Part shown: piece after piece, positions 1 through 5,567 of the stretch
Layout of the letters: every line of letters starts with the position of its first letter
Position numbering within the stretch: the stretch's first letter is position 1
NCBI GenBank assembly: GCA_037445915.1
Contig: JBBIJQ010000059.1
Coordinates: forward strand, 1 to 11,797
Direction: 5' to 3'
DNA: 11,797 nucleotides
Source of the DNA: Planctomycetales bacterium
Lineage (GTDB): Bacteria; 4484-113
Translations under genes and position numbers: made by a program
Notes under the pieces: generated by a model
What the model was told of the DNA's origin: nothing
What the model saw: only the letters and a program-made list of their open reading frames with translations
Database searches by the model: none

Positions 1-1166
1 ACTGTGGGGAGCGAATCGCCAAGACCCGACCGCCCAGTGGACTGGAGCGCGTCTGCGCAGGCAGAGATCACCAGATAGGCTGTCACGACCATTATTGCCA
101 ACAGCATCAAGTCGTAAGGCGTCCATTGCGCGCCGGTGCGGTAGCTCGTTATCATCAGGTACGACGTGTTGTGAAGCAGTAGCGCAGCCGCCAGCCCAAG
201 CCCGATGATGCCAGTAATAAACGCCAGTGCGGGCCGCGCCACAATCCTGCGCCGGGCAGGGATTGGCTTCCTGCGGAATACGATGGATAGCCCCGTGCTA
301 AGACTCGCGCCTATCCAAAGGAAAATCACCAGCAGCAAGCCGGAGCTAATAATGCGCAGCAGCAGCGCGACAATTATCTTCCCAGTGAGCGAGGGGATAT
401 GGTTGAGAAGAAAATTGCCCCCGTCAACATCGCTGGTAAAGCCGCCAAAAAAGCCTGGATAATTGAGCCTTCCCAGCGACCAGTAGATGTCCTGAAACTT
501 CTTAAAACCGACGATAACGCCTGAGCCTGCAAGCATGTTATACACAAGCCATGGAGGCGTCAGCGATGCGACAATCATACTAGTGATAACTAGCCGGTAA
601 GCAATTAGCGAGCGGATAAGCATCAAGACAGCGGCCGCGATGCCGGATGCTGCTATTGTAAAAGCCGCCAATAGAATGCTCGCGATGAGCACGTGGAAAC
701 CCCAGGTGAGTTGGAAGCTGTCAGTGTAATACTGGCGGCCTATAATTTCGTTGGATGGAAATAGCAGAACGAACGGAAGCGATGCCCCGCCTGCGAACAA
801 GCCTATGTATGTGATGTTCTTTGCCAGCGACCATACTGCCAAGCTGAGGCCGCCTGCGGCAATCTTTACGTTTGGCCCTCCGAGGGCCCTGCCAAAGTCA
901 TTCACCATCGCCGGGACAAACCAGAGGACTGCGATTAGCGCGCTGATGGACTGCAACACGACAAACTGGTAGTGAACTTCAGTATAAAGCGGGTGAGTGA
1001 GGCGGAAGATGACCGCGAATATGAGCGACGCGAAGAACTGCCCGCCGAAATAATATGACATAACGATGCGCCGCCTGCCCCAGCCGGGCCACGCGCTAGC
1101 CAGCTTAGTCTCAGCCGCCGAAGCCCGGTCGCGCTCAAGTATCGGCTTTATTGAATCTGTGTTCAT
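1..1166 (-). CDS. Polytopic membrane protein, possibly a degenerate ABC-2-type permease; 3'-truncated at the window edge
   Basis: Translated by hand from ATG at 1166-1164, which overlaps the upstream TGA at 1165-1163 (ATGA). There is no in-frame stop down to base 3 (388 codons). It begins MNTDSIKPILERDRASAAETKLASAWPGWGRRRIVMSYYFGGQFFASLIFAVIFRL and has about 8 hydrophobic segments, e.g. FHVLIASILLAAFTIAASGIAAAVLMLI and IIVALLLRIISSGLLLVIFLWIGASL. It is missing from the ORF track, probably because it has no stop codon in the window. The permease call is inference. Confidence 0.85.
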   Translation of the reverse strand, partial: MNTDSIKPILERDRASAAETKLASAWPGWGRRRIVMSYYFGGQFFASLIFAVIFRLTHPLYTEVHYQFVVLQSISALIAVLWFVPAMVNDFGRALGGPNVKIAAGGLSLAVWSLAKNITYIGLFAGGASLPFVLLFPSNEIIGRQYYTDSFQLTWGFHVLIASILLAAFTIAASGIAAAVLMLIRSLIAYRLVITSMIVASLTPPWLVYNMLAGSGVIVGFKKFQDIYWSLGRLNYPGFFGGFTSDVDGGNFLLNHIPSLTGKIIVALLLRIISSGLLLVIFLWIGASLSTGLSIVFRRKPIPARRRIVARPALAFITGIIGLGLAAALLLHNTSYLMITSYRTGAQWTPYDLMLLAIMVVTAYLVISACADALQSTGRSGLGDSLPT

Positions 1167-3418
1167 CTTAGCCTGTAGATGAAAAGATCACTTCTTGGCA
1201 CGCCAGAAACCTCGCCTCCTAACTCAAGGCTTACCGTCTTTTGTCGAATGCCCACGAGCGTTATGCCGCGCCCTTCGGCTATCAGCCCGCGCAGGACTTC
1301 CTCGCGCATAGTTTCAGCGAGGCTGTTCGCCGCCACCAATTTCAGCGCATCCGGATTCCTAGAGTATCTGCGGCGATAGTTCCTCATCTGGTAATCAGAG
1401 AGCGCGCTTCGCGCGACATCCATCGCCAGCTTCGGGTCGTTAGCCGTCGGCGCAATCTCGCCGGCGGGAAGCACTACTGTGCGCGTTTCCGACGGGCTTG
1501 CGCTGCCTAGGAAAAGCAAGCGCGTGCCGTTTACTATGCAAAGCAGCTCTACTGGCTCGCTTCCGCAGATTACTTTTAGCCCCTGCTCCCCGCCCGGCGC
1601 AGGCGCAAGCTCGCATTCAACAGGATTGTCGCCGCGCCTGACTTCGCTAATGCTAACTTCCGTCGGGAGCAGCGGTTCAATGTGAAGCTGCTCTAGGGCG
1701 AATTGCCCGTTTTCAAGGGAGGCAACAGACACGTTGCCGCTCTCCAATGGCGAAATCCTGCTAAGCACAGCCCCTTCCGACTGCATTTGTAGGCTGCGGC
1801 CGGTTGCATACGGCGAGTATGTATAGATGACCGACCTAGTCTCCGTGATGTCGCTTTGGGCGTTCCCAATTGTTGTTGATATCACTACTGCCTTTACTGC
1901 GCCCGGAAGCAACGTGTCAATCCTCAGCGCGAATGCTCCCACAGCAATGCCGGAGAGTATCAGCATTGAGCTAGCGAGCGCTACATTGCCGCAACGGCGC
2001 AGGAAGCACACCGCCGCAACTGCAATCACAAGAAGGGTAAACCAAATAGCCGCGCGGGTGAGGCTGGATGCGGAAGCCCTCCTCAGGCTGTTGTCTATGC
2101 CGCCATGAACAGGCGCCCAGTCTCGCCTGGCGAATGTCGTCACGTCAACAAGCTCCCGGCTTGCATCCTTCAGCCCCACGCCCTGCCAGTGGTACTCCGG
2201 CTTATCCATTGGGTGCATCATGCCTGCCCGCGTAAGATATTCGTAAGCCCAAAATGGATTGACAGATCTCTTTCCGGGGAGAATGTCGGACAGGCTTATC
2301 ATCCAGGCGTAAGATAACGCCTCGTTCATCTCATTCCTAAGCTTTATATCGCGCGCAGCCTCTAGCCCCACTTCCTCTTCGTTCGTGTAGCCCATGGCCA
2401 GGCTGTGCGCCCACTCCACCCTCTTTGCCAAGCCCTGCATGGTTTGCGGCTTGACATCCTCCATTGCAAGCGAGGTAACGAGGGCTTCTCCAAATCCAAA
2501 AGGCTGCATGCCGCTTGATGCCCGCGGCTGAAAACTGAGCGCTCCAACTTGCACTGGTTGTTTCGCACTGAATATGATGAGCCTGCCGCCCATGCCGGCC
2601 GCATCAACTATGATTTGGCGCACCCTTTCCGGCAGCAACTTCCAGTAATCTGCGCTAACGAAAATATGGCTAAAATGGCGTAGCACCCGAAAATCCGGCC
2701 CTATGTCTTTTGGCCCGCATGAGAGAAGCTGGAATTGCTGGTTATAGCCTGATGCGCTTCGCGTTTCGCTTGAGCGCAGCTGGGAGCTTGGCAGCTCATC
2801 GGGCGGGAGCATCCCGCGAGCCTGCGGCTCTATCAAGAGGCCATATATTCTTCCTCGCGGAAGGTAGTTGAAAGAGGCTGTAGTCCTGACTGGATTAGAC
2901 GCGCCAACAACGGCCTCTACCTCTACCGCAGATTGGATTGAGTCCGGCGGCCCCGGATAGAGCAGAAGCGGAAGCCAATATTCACCACCACCGGCAGGCA
3001 CTCTTATTTCATGCTTTTCCTGCAGGCTTGCGGTAACTCCTACTGATTCATCAACCAGCAGCGTCGCGCCCGGCTCTAATATAAATGCTGCGCTGGCAGG
3101 CATCCTCAGCGTCGTTGCGCGGTTGCGTATTGTGACCACGCACTCAGCCTCGCTGGTGTTCCCGCGAATGCTAATGCGTAGCGGGGTTAGGGAGATGTCG
3201 CTGTAAACGAGGCGCGAGGAAGCGTCGGTGGTTTCCCCTCGCACAATAATACGAGCCGCAAAGTCGGGGAGGGGAATCGCCCAGCCAGCAAATCCGCCTG
3301 AGGCGGTCACGCGCAGGTTGACTGGCGCGGCGGGAGCGTTGTCTTGCGCAAAGGCAGAGGTTGCTGCCAGGATAGACAGCGAGAGTATAACAATCAAGCG
3401 GGATGCTCGTGCATTCAC
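1163..3418 (-). CDS. Exported, membrane-anchored hypothetical protein (signal peptide, large extracytoplasmic region, two TM helices, C-terminal domain)
   Basis: 751-aa ORF whose GTG start overlaps the sigma gene TGA (GTGA, 3418-3415). It has a Sec-type signal peptide MNARASRLIVILSLSILAATSAFA|QD and a TM hairpin AAIWFTLLVIAVAAVCFL-RRCGN-VALASSMLILSGIAVGAFAL. The segment HIFVSADYWKLLPERVRQIIVDAAGMGGRLIIFS...FGFGEALV resembles a degenerate class I glutamine-amidotransferase-like fold (inference). Confidence 0.85.
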   Translation of the reverse strand: MNARASRLIVILSLSILAATSAFAQDNAPAAPVNLRVTASGGFAGWAIPLPDFAARIIVRGETTDASSRLVYSDISLTPLRISIRGNTSEAECVVTIRNRATTLRMPASAAFILEPGATLLVDESVGVTASLQEKHEIRVPAGGGEYWLPLLLYPGPPDSIQSAVEVEAVVGASNPVRTTASFNYLPRGRIYGLLIEPQARGMLPPDELPSSQLRSSETRSASGYNQQFQLLSCGPKDIGPDFRVLRHFSHIFVSADYWKLLPERVRQIIVDAAGMGGRLIIFSAKQPVQVGALSFQPRASSGMQPFGFGEALVTSLAMEDVKPQTMQGLAKRVEWAHSLAMGYTNEEEVGLEAARDIKLRNEMNEALSYAWMISLSDILPGKRSVNPFWAYEYLTRAGMMHPMDKPEYHWQGVGLKDASRELVDVTTFARRDWAPVHGGIDNSLRRASASSLTRAAIWFTLLVIAVAAVCFLRRCGNVALASSMLILSGIAVGAFALRIDTLLPGAVKAVVISTTIGNAQSDITETRSVIYTYSPYATGRSLQMQSEGAVLSRISPLESGNVSVASLENGQFALEQLHIEPLLPTEVSISEVRRGDNPVECELAPAPGGEQGLKVICGSEPVELLCIVNGTRLLFLGSASPSETRTVVLPAGEIAPTANDPKLAMDVARSALSDYQMRNYRRRYSRNPDALKLVAANSLAETMREEVLRGLIAEGRGITLVGIRQKTVSLELGGEVSGVPRSDLFIYRLR

Positions 3419-4026
3419 GGCTCAAAGGCAAGCCGCCACGCCGGATTAGAGAGAATGACACTTCTCAGCCGCGCCAGCGCGCGCTTGTGGAGTATGCTGA
3501 CATTTGCACGCGTGCAGTTCAGCGTACGCGCGATTTCATCCTGGCTCATCCCGTGCTCATACATCATACGCAAGATTCTCTCCTCGCCAGGGGTGAGTAT
3601 GCCGTAAAGCTCTTCGGCGAGGCGCAGGTTGCGCAGCACGTCCTCCGCAGGGCGCTTCTCGCTGAAACCAACTACCCGTATGAAAGCGCTTAGCTCGCCT
3701 GCGTCTTCCACGGCGATGAACGGCTTGCGGCGGCGCACGTAGTCCAGCATGCGCCCCTTTACCTTCAGGTAGGCGAAGGTAAGGAACTTCACGCCACGGG
3801 TATGGTCAAAGGCGTCCACGGCCTCTATAAGCGCCAGTGTGCCCTCTGAGATGACGTCGGCATGCTCGCCCGAAGGGATATGCGGAACTTGGGCGAGGAT
3901 GTGGTAAACGAGCGGCTGGTAGCGCTCAATGAGCGCGGCACGGTTTTCAACCGTGAGATCCGCCCAAAGCGCGTTTTCCTCGGTGGACACGCCTCCAGGC
4001 AGAGCGCCTTTCCGGCTCTCTTCCAC
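3415..4026 (-). CDS. RNA polymerase sigma-70 family factor, FliA/WhiG/SigF-like (group 3-type region 2), compact
   Basis: Region 2 reads LIERYQPLV...DVISEGTLALIEAVDAFDHTRGVKFLTFAYLKVKGRMLDYVR. The region 4 HTH reads LTPGEERILRMMYEHGMSQDEIARTLNCTRANVSILHKRALARLR. GTG start, 203 aa. Confidence 0.93.
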   Translation of the reverse strand: MEESRKGALPGGVSTEENALWADLTVENRAALIERYQPLVYHILAQVPHIPSGEHADVISEGTLALIEAVDAFDHTRGVKFLTFAYLKVKGRMLDYVRRRKPFIAVEDAGELSAFIRVVGFSEKRPAEDVLRNLRLAEELYGILTPGEERILRMMYEHGMSQDEIARTLNCTRANVSILHKRALARLRSVILSNPAWRLAFEP

Positions 4027-4036
4027 TCGGGAAGTA

Positions 4037-4045
4037 ATTATATCA
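4037..4045 (-). promoter_or_regulatory. Extended -10 promoter element (TGnTATAAT) for the sigma operon
   Basis: The minus strand reads TG-A-TATAAT at 4045-4037, a perfect consensus, ending 10 nt upstream of the GTG at 4026. There is no convincing -35 at 16-18 bp spacing. Confidence 0.7.
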
Positions 4046-4173
4046 CTTGGGGGAGGCGCGGGATGAAAGTCCAGCCTGCCCGATTTTTTGATTATTTCCT
4101 AGGTAGGCGGCACCAGCCGGAGGCTGGCTAGCTTCAGTGCCGCTCAAGTTGCACCAGCTACATGCGCATCCCC

Positions 4174-4184
4174 TGTGCTAAAAT
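4174..4184 (+). promoter_or_regulatory. Extended -10 promoter element (TGTG-C-TAAAAT) for rimO-valS
   Basis: TGTGCTAAAAT has a TRTG extension and a 5/6 match to the -10 hexamer, ending 12 nt before the rimO ATG at 4197. Confidence 0.6.
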
Positions 4185-4196
4185 CAGGGGTTCAAG

Positions 4197-5561
4197 ATGC
4201 GGATTTACGGTGAAAACGACGCGCTGGCTAGGCTAGGAGAAGGGCGGCTTACAATCGCAGCCGTAGCGCTCGGCTGCCCGAAGAACACCGCCGACCTGGA
4301 GCTTATGCTTGGCGCGGGGTTTGCCGAAGGCGTGAGCATCGTTTCCCGCCTGGAAGACGCGGATGTCGCCGTAATCAACACCTGCAGCTTCCTCGCCGAA
4401 GCCATTGCCGAAAGCGAGGGCGAAATCGCCCAGGCGCTGCGCCTGAAGCGCCAGGGCAAGCTCGCGCGCGTCGTCGTCACAGGATGCTACCCCGCCTACC
4501 TGCGCAACGAGAACCTCAAGCCCCCCGAGGGCGTGGACGCAGCGCTTGCGCCCAACGAAGGCTGGCAGCTCCAAGTCTTGCTGCGCGAGTGGTTCGCTGA
4601 TAAGCTGCAAAGAGTGTCGGAGCAAGAAGCGCGCATGCTCACCACGCCGCGCTCGGTGGCGTATGTGAAAATCGCCGAGGGCTGCGACATGCAATGCGCT
4701 TTTTGCATCATCCCCAGCCTGCGCGGGCGCTACATATCACGGCCGGTGGCGGATATTGTGAACGAGGCGCAGGCGCTTTTAAAGTCAGGCGTTAAAGAAC
4801 TGAACCTCGTTTCGCAGGACAGCACTGACTTTGGCAAGGACACCGGCTCGTCGCTTGAGGAACTGCTGGAGGCGTTGTGTGCGCTGCCAGGCGAGTATTG
4901 GATTCGCGTCCAGTATTTGTATCCTGCCAAGGTGCGCCCTTCCCTGCTCGCCGTTTTTGCTGGGAATAGGGATAAGCTCATACCCTACTTTGATTTACCC
5001 ATCCAACACATCGCCGACAGCGCGCTCAAGCGTATGCGGCGCGGAGAGTCGCAGGCGCAGGTGCGCAAGCTGTTCGCGGATGTGCGCGCGATGCTCCCCG
5101 GCGCCAGCATCAACGCGAATGTCATCGTCGGCTTCCCCGGCGAAACGGAAGATGAATTCGCAGAGCTGCTGCGCTTCGTGGAAGAGGGCAACATTGACCG
5201 CCTCGGCGTATTCACCTACTCCGAAATGCCCGGCTCGCTCAGTTTCGCGCTGGGCGATAAGGTCGCGCCCGAGCTGGCGCTTGAACGCAAGGAGCGCCTG
5301 ATGCTTGCGCAGCAGCAGGTGTCGCTGGCGAAGCATGAAGCGCTAGTGGGAACGGAGCAGCTTGTGCTAGTTGATGAGCGAAAGAACGTGCAGGGGAAGC
5401 GTATCCACATTGGCCGCACCTACCGCGACGCATACGACGTGAACGGGACGGTTATAGTGCGCGGCGCGCCGGCGGGGCTGGAGCCTGGCGTGTTAATCCG
5501 CGCGCGCATCGTTGAAGCGCTGCCATACGACTTACTTGCTCAATACTCATCCGACGGCTAA
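4197..5561 (+). CDS. rimO: Ribosomal protein S12 methylthiotransferase RimO (UPF0004 + radical SAM + TRAM)
   Basis: The N-terminal cysteines lie in LGCPKN, INTCSF and VTGC. The radical SAM motif is YVKIAEGCDMQCAFCIIPSLRG (CxxxCxxC at 4683-4706), followed by WIRVQYLYP, LPIQH, IVGFPGETE and a C-terminal TRAM-like region. GCPKN, KIAEGC and YLYP favour RimO over MiaB. Confidence 0.93.
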   Translation: MRIYGENDALARLGEGRLTIAAVALGCPKNTADLELMLGAGFAEGVSIVSRLEDADVAVINTCSFLAEAIAESEGEIAQALRLKRQGKLARVVVTGCYPAYLRNENLKPPEGVDAALAPNEGWQLQVLLREWFADKLQRVSEQEARMLTTPRSVAYVKIAEGCDMQCAFCIIPSLRGRYISRPVADIVNEAQALLKSGVKELNLVSQDSTDFGKDTGSSLEELLEALCALPGEYWIRVQYLYPAKVRPSLLAVFAGNRDKLIPYFDLPIQHIADSALKRMRRGESQAQVRKLFADVRAMLPGASINANVIVGFPGETEDEFAELLRFVEEGNIDRLGVFTYSEMPGSLSFALGDKVAPELALERKERLMLAQQQVSLAKHEALVGTEQLVLVDERKNVQGKRIHIGRTYRDAYDVNGTVIVRGAPAGLEPGVLIRARIVEALPYDLLAQYSSDG

Positions 5562-5567
5562 ACACAT

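Noticed and set aside
205-1138. Short track ORFs 205-462, 751-972 and 935-1138
   Set aside because: They are antisense or off-frame to the long open membrane-protein frame (<1-1166) and have no recognisable motifs.
1163-3418. TGA readthrough or selenocysteine fusion at the two TGA stops
   Set aside because: Both are ordinary 4-nt stop/start overlaps into a different frame, and the 751-aa protein begins with its own signal peptide.
4149-4154. TTGCAC as the -35 element for rimO
   Set aside because: It lies 24 bp from the TAAAAT hexamer, outside the usual 16-18 bp spacing.
4027-4196. Crp/cAMP-receptor site (TGTGA-N6-TCACA) linking the cyclase to the divergent promoters
   Set aside because: There is no such motif in this intergenic region, and the TGTGA half-sites I noticed elsewhere are inside CDSs without a partner half-site.
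5562-5567. T-box riboswitch upstream of valS
   Set aside because: Only 6 nt separate rimO and valS, and I saw no T-box consensus in the 170-bp region upstream of rimO.
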